Positions 47,849 through 56,992 of a stretch of DNA of 64,000 nt are shown in pieces. The notes under the pieces were generated by a model. The model saw nothing but the letters and a program-made list of their open reading frames with translations. It made no database searches and was not told where the DNA came from. The position numbers and the translations under genes were made by a program. This DNA comes from Sulfurovaceae bacterium (GTDB lineage Bacteria > Campylobacterota > Campylobacteria > Campylobacterales > Sulfurovaceae): NCBI GenBank assembly GCA_016744315.1, contig JADGER010000001.1, positions 353-64,352 of the forward strand, in the 5' to 3' direction. The first letter of the stretch is position 1; every line of letters begins with the position of its first letter.

Positions 47849-49297
47849 CTAGAAATTAAAATAGATAAATTCACTCTTTCTATAGAGAATAAAAATAGAT
47901 AAGAAAAAAAGAACCGTTAGAATTAAATTTATTATATTGGGTTTAAAACTCTCTTTGAGTTGCATAGAATTTTTGAAGAAAAGAACAACAACAAAACCTG
48001 CAAGTAGCCATATAAATATTTGAGGATCACTATAAAATAACTCACTCCATTTCCCAAACTCTATCGCCTCGATACTTATATATTCTTTCAGAGGTGTAGG
48101 CAAAGTAATTGCTCCAAAGAACATACCATAAAGGACTTTGATAGCATCATCCCACTCTTTGGCTCTAAAAAATATCCAAGCAATATTAATAAAATTAAAA
48201 GTAATAAACCATGCTAAAATCATATTCATTTTGAAACCAATTTTTTGCCATGCTCTATGAATTACAAGAGCCATTCCGTGTAATGCTCCCCAAAAGACAA
48301 AAGTCCAGCCTGCTCCATGCCAAATACCACCCAAAAGAAATGTGCTAAAGAGATTGAGATAGGTACGAAACTCTCCTTTGCGATTGCCTCCTAGAGGAAT
48401 ATAGAGATACTCTCGTAAAAAGATAGAAAGAGTAATATGCCATCGTCTCCAAAAATCTTGAATAGAAGTAGCTTTGTATGGAGAATAAAAATTTTTAGGC
48501 AAAGAGATATTAAACAACAAAGCTATACCTATTGCCATATCCGTATATCCACTAAAATCAAAATAGAGTTGGAAAGTGTAACTCAAAGAAGTAATCCACG
48601 CCTCTATCATATTAAGATTTTGGGCTACATCAAACCCTTGTGTAGCCCAGATAGCAAAACTATCAGCTATAGCTACCTTTTTAAAAAGACCCATAGAAAA
48701 AATAAAAAGTCCCAAAGCAATATTACGATAATTTTTGACTTTATTTTTTGCCTTAGCAAATTGTGGCATCATTTGGGCATGATGCACGATTGGTCCTGCT
48801 ATAAGTTGTGGAAAAAAGGTTACAAAGACTGCATAATTAAGGAAATCATACTCTTTTGTTTCTCCTCTATAACTATCAACAAGATACGCAATTTGTTGAA
48901 AAGTATAAAAACTAATAGCCAAAGGAAGTGCTAGATGCAACAATGGTACACCTGATTCAAATAGCATATTAAAGTTTGTAATAAAAAAATCTGAATATTT
49001 AAAATAGCCCAAAAGTCCTAAGTTAAAAATAACCCCTATGCCTAAAAGTGATTTTGCAGAATAATATTTGGAGGCACTTCCCTTTTTGGATAGGTGTGTT
49101 CCAACAACATAGTTAAAAAGCATAGAGATTAAAATCAAAGGTAAATAAGCAATATTCCACCAACTATAAAAGAACAAAGAGGCAAAAACTAAAAAGCCTT
49201 TACTAGCCTCAGTTAATCGTTTGTGATTGAGATAAAAATAGACAAAGAAGGTAAACGGCAAGAAGAGAAAGATAAATTCATAAGAGTTAAATAACAT
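47849..49297 (-). CDS. MBOAT-family membrane-bound O-acyltransferase (AlgI/DltB/PatA-like)
   Basis: 482 aa, polytopic. The conserved-His region is RRWHITLSIFLREYLYIPLGGNR..GGIWHGAGW. Confidence 0.88.
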   Translation of the reverse strand: MLFNSYEFIFLFLPFTFFVYFYLNHKRLTEASKGFLVFASLFFYSWWNIAYLPLILISMLFNYVVGTHLSKKGSASKYYSAKSLLGIGVIFNLGLLGYFKYSDFFITNFNMLFESGVPLLHLALPLAISFYTFQQIAYLVDSYRGETKEYDFLNYAVFVTFFPQLIAGPIVHHAQMMPQFAKAKNKVKNYRNIALGLFIFSMGLFKKVAIADSFAIWATQGFDVAQNLNMIEAWITSLSYTFQLYFDFSGYTDMAIGIALLFNISLPKNFYSPYKATSIQDFWRRWHITLSIFLREYLYIPLGGNRKGEFRTYLNLFSTFLLGGIWHGAGWTFVFWGALHGMALVIHRAWQKIGFKMNMILAWFITFNFINIAWIFFRAKEWDDAIKVLYGMFFGAITLPTPLKEYISIEAIEFGKWSELFYSDPQIFIWLLAGFVVVLFFKNSMQLKESFKPNIINLILTVLFFLSIFILYRKSEFIYFNF

Positions 49298-49401
49298 GCC
49301 CTACTACCTCACTAACTATTATATTATAGAGAATTTATTTTAATTTGAGTATAATATATCTAAATATAGCTTTTAATTAGATTTTTGGAGTACGATATAC
49401 A

Positions 49402-50253
49402 ATGAATAAAATACTACTATTACTACTTCTAGGAAGTAATATGCTTTACTCAGATTTAGTAAGAATAATGCCTTTTGGTGATTCTATTACTTATGAAAAC
49501 CACCATACAGATGATGCAGGACCTGCTAGACCTACAGGAGTACGAAGTGCCTATAGAAACTACTTGTGGTATAAACTTTCTGATGTTAACTTTGAAGCCA
49601 ACTTTGTAGGTTCACAAAGAGCTGGTGAAGATATACATCCTGAATTTGATCCTGATAATGAGGGGCATCCTGCATGGACGAGTTATGAGTTAGCTGAGAG
49701 TGCCTACAAATGGCTTACAAACGCTGACCCTGATATTATTTTACTCCATGCAGGCTCAAATGATTGGGATGAAAGTGTAAGTGGGATTAATGATATTCTT
49801 GATGCAGTTGATTTGCATGAAGAAAAGAGTGGACATACAGTTAAAGTATTTGTGGCTCTTATCCTAGACCGTGTGCGTCATGAAGAGTGGATTGTAAAAT
49901 TTAACAAAAACCTTCGATCACTGGTAAACAAAAGAATTGCAAATGGTGATAACTTAGCCCTAGTAGATATGTATCAAGGTGCAGGTATAGATTACCAAAA
50001 TGATATGACAGATAATACACATCCAAATGATAGAGGATATGAGAAGATGGCGAATGTATGGTATAGTGCCTTACTCGGTCAGGTAGCTCCTGAAAAAATG
50101 TATAGTGATCTTCCAAATCAAGAGGTAGATAGCCTCTATACCTACCCTACAACTATAGTGGATGAGAGCTATATTATAGAAAGTGATGTAGATGAGTTAA
50201 ATAGAGTTGTAGTCTTTAGTACTATTGTCCCTGCACATGGAATTATATTTTAG
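49402..50253 (+). CDS. Secreted SGNH/GDSL hydrolase
   Basis: Blocks FGDSIT, HAGSNDW and DNTHPNDRGY, plus a signal peptide. Confidence 0.8.
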   Translation: MNKILLLLLLGSNMLYSDLVRIMPFGDSITYENHHTDDAGPARPTGVRSAYRNYLWYKLSDVNFEANFVGSQRAGEDIHPEFDPDNEGHPAWTSYELAESAYKWLTNADPDIILLHAGSNDWDESVSGINDILDAVDLHEEKSGHTVKVFVALILDRVRHEEWIVKFNKNLRSLVNKRIANGDNLALVDMYQGAGIDYQNDMTDNTHPNDRGYEKMANVWYSALLGQVAPEKMYSDLPNQEVDSLYTYPTTIVDESYIIESDVDELNRVVVFSTIVPAHGIIF

Positions 50254-50262
50254 GATACAAAA

Positions 50263-50553
50263 ATGAAAAATTTACTACTTATCTCTTCACTACTTCTCTT
50301 AATTGGTTGTGGTAGCAATGGAAATAGCACTCTGGATACCAATATAACAGATGATAATTTAACTGATAGTAATATATCTACAGAAATTAAAACAACTATG
50401 CAAATAGGTACAATATACAATGTCTTTACAGGTGATACAATATCAAGAGAAACCAATGAGACCAAAATAGAAATAAGCTATCAAGATACAGAAAATAATA
50501 CCACAGTAAAACTCCTAGAGGGAAATGCTACTATTACCTCCAGTGCTTTATAG
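50263..50553 (+). CDS. Small lipoprotein of unknown function
   Basis: Lipobox LLLIGC and an Asn/Thr-rich mature part. Confidence 0.55.
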   Translation: MKNLLLISSLLLLIGCGSNGNSTLDTNITDDNLTDSNISTEIKTTMQIGTIYNVFTGDTISRETNETKIEISYQDTENNTTVKLLEGNATITSSAL

Positions 50554-51643
50554 CTGTAAGTAGCTTCTGCGTTATATACTCTATCTCTGCATCACTGAGA
50601 TAGGGATTCATAGGTAAACTCATAATCTCACTACTTACTAATTCTGCAATAGGGAAATCACCTTTTTTATATCCTAAGTACTCAAAACACTCTTGCAAAT
50701 GTAGAGGCATTGGATAATGAACAGCTGTAGGAATTCCTTTGGCTTTTAATTTAGCTTGAATTGCATCACGATTTTGTACTCTAATAGAATATTGAGCATA
50801 AGCTGAAGTGGCATTTTTATCAATAAAAGGCAATATTAAATCTTTATCTTCTAAGGCTTTTGTATATTTACTAGCCACCTCTTGACGAAGAGCTAAATCT
50901 TTGGAATAATATTTTAATTTCACATCAACAATAGCACATTGTAAAGCATCCATTCTCCCACCCATACCAATATACTTATGATGGTATCTTTTAGATTGCC
51001 CATGAACTCGTAAAGATTTCATTTTAGTAGCTAAAGCTTCATCGCTGACAAATACTGCTCCACCATCACCAAAACACCCTAAAGGCTTAGCAGGGAAAAA
51101 ACTAGTTGTAGAAATATCACCTAAATTACTATCAGTTTTACCATTATAAGTGCTTCCAAAACTTTGAGCTCCATCAATAATAACTTTAATATTATATTTT
51201 GTAGCCAAGGCTTGAATTTTATCCATATTCGCAGGTTGTCCATAAAGAGACACAGGCATAATAGCTTTTGTCTTATCTGTAATTCTCTCTTCTATCTTAT
51301 CCACATCTATATTATAAGTTTTTTCATCAATATCTACAAAAACTGGTTTTGCATACATCAAAGCTATAGTTTCAGCAGTAGCTATAAATGTAAAAGGCGT
51401 TGTAATAATCTCATCATCAGGCTTAATATCCAAAGCCATCATCGCCAAAAGTAAAGCATCCGTTCCACTACTACAACTAATAGCATATTTAGCCCCTGTA
51501 AAATCTTCTAAGTTTTTTTCAAGAGAAGTTACAGCATCACCCATAATATAAGCAGAACTATCCAAAACTCCTTGCATAGCTAAATCTATCTCTTTTTTAT
51601 AAAGTTGATATTGATATTGTAAATTTGCAAAATCTATATTCAT
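50534..51643 (-). CDS. wbpE: DegT/DnrJ/EryC1-family aminotransferase, WbpE-like (UDP-2-acetamido-2-deoxy-3-oxo-glucuronate aminotransferase)
   Basis: Collinear by memory with P. aeruginosa WbpE: AISCSSGTDAL, TSFFPAKPLGCFGDGGA, RVHGQSKRYHH, AVHYPMPLH. Confidence 0.85.
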   Translation of the reverse strand: MNIDFANLQYQYQLYKKEIDLAMQGVLDSSAYIMGDAVTSLEKNLEDFTGAKYAISCSSGTDALLLAMMALDIKPDDEIITTPFTFIATAETIALMYAKPVFVDIDEKTYNIDVDKIEERITDKTKAIMPVSLYGQPANMDKIQALATKYNIKVIIDGAQSFGSTYNGKTDSNLGDISTTSFFPAKPLGCFGDGGAVFVSDEALATKMKSLRVHGQSKRYHHKYIGMGGRMDALQCAIVDVKLKYYSKDLALRQEVASKYTKALEDKDLILPFIDKNATSAYAQYSIRVQNRDAIQAKLKAKGIPTAVHYPMPLHLQECFEYLGYKKGDFPIAELVSSEIMSLPMNPYLSDAEIEYITQKLLTAIKHWR

Positions 51644-52278
51644 TATCTTATTAGCTCTAAATTATCATCTATTATAGTATATCTTCCAAACTCATCTGTA
51701 GCAATATTATCCATAAATTCTAATGTATTCCCACTTTTACCAACCCATCCAATTTGTTTTGCAGGTACACCTACCATCAAAGCATAAGGCTTAACATCCC
51801 TATTAATTACTGCTCCACTTCCAATAAGTGCATACTCACCAATACTCACACCACAAATAATAGTAGCATTTGCCCCAATAGAACAGCCCTTTTTTAAAAG
51901 TGTCTTTTGAAATTCATCTTTTCTACTAATAAATGCTCTAGGATTTAGCACATTTGTAAACACCATAGATGGTCCTAAAAATACATCATCTTCTATCTCA
52001 ACACCTTTATAAATAGAAACATTGTTCTGTACTTTTACACCATTTCCAATACTAACACTTCCCCCAACTACACAATTTTGACCAAAAGAGCAGTTTTTAC
52101 CAATTCTTGTGCCTGATAAAATATGTGAAAAATGCCAAATTTTTGTTTTATCTCCTATTTTCACATTCTCATCTACAATACTTGTCTCATGCACAAAAAA
52201 ATCACTCTTTTTCTTCGTCTCTTTTCCAGCTCGTCTATTTTTCCACGCATCTTTGTTTATATATTTACTATCGCTCAT
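51643..52278 (-). CDS. wbpD: Hexapeptide-repeat N-acetyltransferase, WbpD-like
   Basis: Left-handed beta-helix repeats. [37 protein letters not shown] is collinear with WbpD as I recall it. Confidence 0.85.
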   Translation of the reverse strand: MSDSKYINKDAWKNRRAGKETKKKSDFFVHETSIVDENVKIGDKTKIWHFSHILSGTRIGKNCSFGQNCVVGGSVSIGNGVKVQNNVSIYKGVEIEDDVFLGPSMVFTNVLNPRAFISRKDEFQKTLLKKGCSIGANATIICGVSIGEYALIGSGAVINRDVKPYALMVGVPAKQIGWVGKSGNTLEFMDNIATDEFGRYTIIDDNLELIR

Positions 52279-52364
52279 TTAGTTTCCTTTTGTATTTTAT
52301 CTAGTTGTTCAATTCTTTCTAATTTGCTCATGAGAGTTTTCTCTTTTTAAGTTAAAAAATATTT

Positions 52365-53195
52365 TTAAATAACAGTGATATATGATATGTCTTTAGGTAT
52401 AGAATAAATCTTATTATTTGAAGAGTTTTTTAATTGACTAATCACTAATATATATTTTCCTGATAAATCTTCTAGTTCATTAACTTTAAACCTTTCGATA
52501 AAATCATCATGTACTTGATTATCAATAAGAATACTAAATTTATTATTTCCTCCCGTATTTATCCAAAAAGTTTTTTCATCTGTAGAGTTAGCATGAGAAA
52601 TCATACTCCAAACAGCTCTATAACTTCTTTCATTTATCTTTTGAAAATAATCTTGTGTAATATAACTAGCTTGTATAAAAAAGTTACCTGCATGATAAGT
52701 ATATTTATTAAAAGTAATTCTTTGTTTTGAATCTTTAAAAAAATCTTCTTGATATACTAGATTACGAAGTAATGTACTTAATCTTCTATATATACTACTC
52801 TCTGCTGTGCCATTTTGAGAAGAATATTTTCCTCCATTGTTATTCTTTGATATAGCATTATTTTCTATCTCAACTACATGTTGATTTTTTACTGTACCAT
52901 ATTCAAAATCTAGAACTATTTCCTTGTCAGAATTAATAAGCTCTTTATACTCTTTTGTTAAATCACCATTAATGTTATCATTTTCATGCGAAGAAAAATC
53001 ACAATTATCAAGATGAGGTCTTGCTCCAAAACAAGCTCCTTGTCCACTTTTAGATGCTTTTCTAAAAAATCCCATTCCACCACATTTATTACATTCTAAA
53101 AATCTTCTTTTTTTAGCTAAGTCTGATTCTTCTAATTGTTCAAAATCACTAACTTTATATATTTTATCATCTAATGTACATTTTATAATATCCAT
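52365..53195 (-). CDS. Orphan protein of unknown function with an N-terminal CxxC...C...H...C zinc-ribbon-like motif
   Basis: 276 aa. FLECNKCGGMGFFRKASKSGQGACFGARPHLDNC, then an Asn-rich linker and a C-terminal domain with no motif I recognise. It is visibly more AT-rich than its neighbours and is flanked by 86-bp and 107-bp spacers. Confidence 0.6.
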   Translation of the reverse strand: MDIIKCTLDDKIYKVSDFEQLEESDLAKKRRFLECNKCGGMGFFRKASKSGQGACFGARPHLDNCDFSSHENDNINGDLTKEYKELINSDKEIVLDFEYGTVKNQHVVEIENNAISKNNNGGKYSSQNGTAESSIYRRLSTLLRNLVYQEDFFKDSKQRITFNKYTYHAGNFFIQASYITQDYFQKINERSYRAVWSMISHANSTDEKTFWINTGGNNKFSILIDNQVHDDFIERFKVNELEDLSGKYILVISQLKNSSNNKIYSIPKDISYITVI

Positions 53196-53302
53196 AATTT
53201 ACTCCTAATTCTTTTAATTTAAACATCTTTTTTCTCTCTTAGTACACTATATTTATTCAAAGAGGAAACAAACTATTTATCTAAAAAATACTCTTACATA
53301 TT

Positions 53303-54262
53303 TTACCCCAATACTTTCCCACAAAATGGATGATATTCCCCTCTAAGCCCAACGGGTGCAAGGTTTCTAATTGTGGATACTGTATTGATAGAACCATAAG
53401 CTTCTTCTAGTCCAAAGCCATTTCCCTTTAAAATCTCTTCATAGCTTCGTGTATGTAAATCTGTGAAACCTCCAGAAAATTCTAGCTCTTCGTTATCTAC
53501 GGTGATGCTTCTATAGGTTCTTTGTCCTGCTTCTCTTATTTCTTTTGGGATGTAGTCATAATTAACTGATAAGAACCATCGTACAGAGGCATTTTTGAGT
53601 TTGAAATATCCTGCGTTGCTATCTGGGGTTTTGAGATGAACAATATTTTCTTCTACTTCACCAAAAATCCAACAAAGCATATCATAAAAGTGTACACCAA
53701 TATTGGATGCAATACCTCCTGATTTGTTTTGGTCGCCTTTCCATGAGATAAAGTACCATTTTCCACGGCTTGTAAGATAGGTAAGGTCTATATCATATTG
53801 TCGGTGAGGGTTCTCTTTGAGTTCTTTGCTTACTCGTTCTTTCAGGGCAATAATAGAAGGATGCAAACGCAATTGTAAGATATTATAAACTTTTTGTCCT
53901 GTCTCTTGTTCTATAAGTTTGAGTTGGTCAATATTCCAAGGGTTTAGCACCAAAGGCTTTTCACAAATGGCATCAGCCCCTGATTTAAGAGCAAAACGGA
54001 TATGACTATCATGAAGATAATTAGGGGAACAAATAGACATATAATCTATTTTTTTGCCTGTATTTCTACGCCATTTATCCACAAATCTATCAAATCGTTC
54101 AAACTCTGTAAAAAAATCAGCTTCTGGAAAATTGCTATCCATAATTCCAATTCCATCATAAGGGTCTAACGCTGCTACAAGGGCATTATTTGTCTCTTTT
54201 ATAGCTTTCATATGTCTAGGTGCAATATAGCCTGAGGCACCAATAAGTGCAAAATTCTTCAC
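53303..54262 (-). CDS. wbpB: Gfo/Idh/MocA oxidoreductase, WbpB-like (UDP-N-acetylglucosaminuronate 3-dehydrogenase)
   Basis: MKNFALIGASGYIAPRHMKAIKETNN..ICSPNYLH..NILQLRLHPSIIALK..NIGVHFYDML..RSITV is nearly collinear with P. aeruginosa WbpB as I recall it. Confidence 0.88.
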   Translation of the reverse strand: MKNFALIGASGYIAPRHMKAIKETNNALVAALDPYDGIGIMDSNFPEADFFTEFERFDRFVDKWRRNTGKKIDYMSICSPNYLHDSHIRFALKSGADAICEKPLVLNPWNIDQLKLIEQETGQKVYNILQLRLHPSIIALKERVSKELKENPHRQYDIDLTYLTSRGKWYFISWKGDQNKSGGIASNIGVHFYDMLCWIFGEVEENIVHLKTPDSNAGYFKLKNASVRWFLSVNYDYIPKEIREAGQRTYRSITVDNEELEFSGGFTDLHTRSYEEILKGNGFGLEEAYGSINTVSTIRNLAPVGLRGEYHPFCGKVLG

Positions 54263-54345
54263 TTTTTATCCTTTAAATTTAATTATACATTAAAACCACA
54301 GATTCTATGCTATAATTACTTAAATTACAAAATATGGGATTCTTA

Positions 54346-55164
54346 ATGAAAAAAATACTTCTTGTTCTGCTTATTTTTATGTCAATTTCTCAGGCTAAAA
54401 TGCTTAATGGTATTGCAATTGTTGTAGAGGGTGAACCTATTACAACGGCTGAGGTAAAAGCAGTACAAACACAAATGCGTATTTCTCGAAGTGAAGCAAA
54501 AGATCTTTTGATTGAAAATCGTCTCCAAAAAGCAGCTATGAAAGATATTATTATCTCTGATGATGAGATTGATTCGCGTATAGCCAAAATAGCCAAACAA
54601 AATAATCTTTCAACCAAACGATTACAGCAAGAGATCAAAAAACAAGGACTCACTTGGAATAAATTTCGTGATCAAATAAGTACAAGTCTTAAAAAACAAA
54701 AATTCTTTAGAACTAAAATAGCCAAAACTATCCCTATTCCAAGTAGAGATGAACTCAAAATATTTTACAAAAATAATACTTCACAATTTAAAATGCCTTC
54801 AAGTATTTCTGCCACACAATATAGTGCATCTTCAAAGAAAAACTTAGAATCATTCTTTAAAAACCAATCCAATAAAAAAGGTATCAAACAGAAAAATGTT
54901 AGTTATAAGGGAGCGAGTCTAACCCCTCAACTTAGTTCAATGTTTGCTGGTATAGCTGTTGGGTCTTTTACACCTATACTCAATAATGGTTCTTCTTTTG
55001 TAACATTTCGTGTAAGTAATAGAGGTAAAGGTGTGGTTAAACCTTTTGAGCAAGTAGAAAACCGTGTAACTATGGCATGGAAAAATCAACAACAAGCCGA
55101 AGTAGTAAAAGCTTATTTTCAAAAAATGAAAAGTAGTGCCTCTATAGAAATTATCCGTCCGTAG
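54346..55164 (+). CDS. SurA-like periplasmic chaperone / parvulin-family PPIase-like protein
   Basis: Signal peptide MKKILLVLLIFMSISQA and a SurA N-terminal-like region NGIAIVVEGEPITTAEV. The PPIase signature is not clearly readable. Confidence 0.55.
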   Translation: MKKILLVLLIFMSISQAKMLNGIAIVVEGEPITTAEVKAVQTQMRISRSEAKDLLIENRLQKAAMKDIIISDDEIDSRIAKIAKQNNLSTKRLQQEIKKQGLTWNKFRDQISTSLKKQKFFRTKIAKTIPIPSRDELKIFYKNNTSQFKMPSSISATQYSASSKKNLESFFKNQSNKKGIKQKNVSYKGASLTPQLSSMFAGIAVGSFTPILNNGSSFVTFRVSNRGKGVVKPFEQVENRVTMAWKNQQQAEVVKAYFQKMKSSASIEIIRP

Positions 55165-55176
55165 CCTCTCTCTGTT

Positions 55177-55210
55177 AGAGCTTATAATTGTATGGCATTA
55201 TATAAGCTCT
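55177..55210. terminator. Perfect 10-bp inverted repeat (AGAGCTTATA-N14-TATAAGCTCT) between convergent genes
   Basis: Read directly. It lies between the surA-like stop (55164) and the endonuclease stop (55234). Confidence 0.4.
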
Positions 55211-55233
55211 ATAGATTTATAAATACTTACAAT

Positions 55234-56007
55234 CTAATCAACCATAACCAACTCAGCAGGATTTATTTTAAATTGTAACATATTAGCTGTCTCTCTTCCA
55301 TTATCTCCACCTTTTCTTTGAATAGTAATATTTCCAATTTTAAAACTACCTCTTGGGGTTATAGATATTTCTCCATTTCCAAAGTGATTTAGTACCTTAT
55401 TAATCGGTTCTAATGCCCAACTTATTTTATCTTTATCTTTCAATCGTAAAATAACGAGCATCCATTCGGCTGAAAATTTACCTCTACCTTTTAAAATATC
55501 ATTGACAATTAAAGTTTGATTATCTCTGAAAAATTTTAATAATAATTGCTGTTCTTCTTCTAAAAACTCATTAGCAAACATTCTTCTCTCATCTTTTGGA
55601 TTATCAATCTTAGGTGCTTTTTCTCCTGTAAAATGTTGTAATAATTCATAAACATCATTAGGAATATCCCAAAGTTCATTATATTTTTTTAACCATCTTT
55701 TATCAATTTGATTAAATCCTTTTGGATTTGATACTAACTTTACTTGTAGGTTTTGAATATCTGTTAAATTTTTTAGCTTTATTTCAATTTTTATCTCTAC
55801 TTGAATATCAGCTTTGAATGAGCCTTTTACCTTTGTAGCTTGTACTCGCTCTATCTCATCTAAATTATAATCCATAGCTTCAAGCCAAAGCCCTGCAAAT
55901 TCACTCTCTTGCCAATTATTAAACTCTGCTATTGTAAAATCTTCATTTTTAAAACCATTTTTTGCTGTTTGCGAACCTCTTTGTATCAATATTTCTTTTT
56001 CAGTCAT
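55234..56007 (-). CDS. Type II restriction endonuclease, HinP1I-family-like
   Basis: 257 aa. The blocks GSQTAKNGFKNE, VKLVSNPKGFNQIDKRW, HFTGE and ITIQRKGGDNGRETANMLQFK match what I remember of R.HinP1I (GCGC), the structural relative of MspI. An 8-nt overlap joins it to the methyltransferase gene. Confidence 0.7.
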   Translation of the reverse strand: MTEKEILIQRGSQTAKNGFKNEDFTIAEFNNWQESEFAGLWLEAMDYNLDEIERVQATKVKGSFKADIQVEIKIEIKLKNLTDIQNLQVKLVSNPKGFNQIDKRWLKKYNELWDIPNDVYELLQHFTGEKAPKIDNPKDERRMFANEFLEEEQQLLLKFFRDNQTLIVNDILKGRGKFSAEWMLVILRLKDKDKISWALEPINKVLNHFGNGEISITPRGSFKIGNITIQRKGGDNGRETANMLQFKINPAELVMVD

Positions 56008-56992
56008 CTATTTTTCCTATAGCTTTCATTAAATTTTTAGCAATTTCTTCAATTACTGTTGATGTCATCGCATTACCTGACTGTTGCAAGAGTTTAGAAT
56101 TTGATATTTTATCTTTTACTTTATTAGCATATCTTTTTGGAAAGTTTTGTAATAAAAGAGCTTCATATCCTGATAGTTTTTTAAATTTACCATTTTTAAC
56201 ATAGAGGATACCATGTCTTCCTCTTCTTAGCGTTGGAGTCTTCTCATGATAAATTCTTAAATCAGATTGTCTTGTATCTATAACTGTATATTCTTTTGAG
56301 ACAATCTCATTTATACTGTATTTACCTTTATTATACTTATTATCTAAATATTTTAAAAAGGTTTGATAAGAGGGTAGTTTTTCATCAAATATTAATTCAT
56401 CATTATCAATTAAACAGTCTTCTAAAGAGTGATTCTCTCCAGTATATTTTTTAGGAAACTCATACTTAAAACTATCATCAATTAACTCTTTTTGTATACC
56501 TACTAAATAGATTCTTTCTCTCATTTGTGGTACACCAAAATTTAAGCTATTGAGTGTTTCATAATATACTTTGTATCCTGCATTATCTAAAAGTTCTAAA
56601 ACTGTTTCTAGCGTTCTACCTTTATCATGACTAATTAAACCTTTAACATTTTCCAGAATAAAATATTTTACATTTTTAGCTTTAAGTATCTTTACTAATC
56701 CATAAATAACTTGCCCTCGTGTCTCATCATCTAATCCACACCTAGTACCAATAATTGAAAAAGTTTGACAAGGAAAACCACCTACCATAAAATCAAAATT
56801 AGGTAAGTCATCAGGATTAATTTTCATTAAATCGCCATAATTTTGTTCATCTTGACCAAAAAAATATTTATAAGTTATCTCTGCATCTTTGTCAATTTCA
56901 AAAAAACCAAGACATGATAATCCTAAGTTTTCAAGTCCAATTCTACCTCCACCAATTCCTGCACAAAAATCTATAAATTTTATATTATTCAT
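56000..56992 (-). CDS. DNA (cytosine-5)-methyltransferase
   Basis: Motif I FCAGIGGG, IV GGFPCQTFS, VI ENVKGL, VIII QMRERIY, X QSGNAMT, with a TRD containing TPTL. Confidence 0.93.
   Translation of the reverse strand: MNNIKFIDFCAGIGGGRIGLENLGLSCLGFFEIDKDAEITYKYFFGQDEQNYGDLMKINPDDLPNFDFMVGGFPCQTFSIIGTRCGLDDETRGQVIYGLVKILKAKNVKYFILENVKGLISHDKGRTLETVLELLDNAGYKVYYETLNSLNFGVPQMRERIYLVGIQKELIDDSFKYEFPKKYTGENHSLEDCLIDNDELIFDEKLPSYQTFLKYLDNKYNKGKYSINEIVSKEYTVIDTRQSDLRIYHEKTPTLRRGRHGILYVKNGKFKKLSGYEALLLQNFPKRYANKVKDKISNSKLLQQSGNAMTSTVIEEIAKNLMKAIGKIDD

Noticed and set aside
50250-50465. 71-aa minus-strand ORF opposite the small lipoprotein gene
   Set aside because: It is the antisense shadow of an ORF with a clean lipobox. 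The product is Val/Leu/Ser-rich with no start signal.
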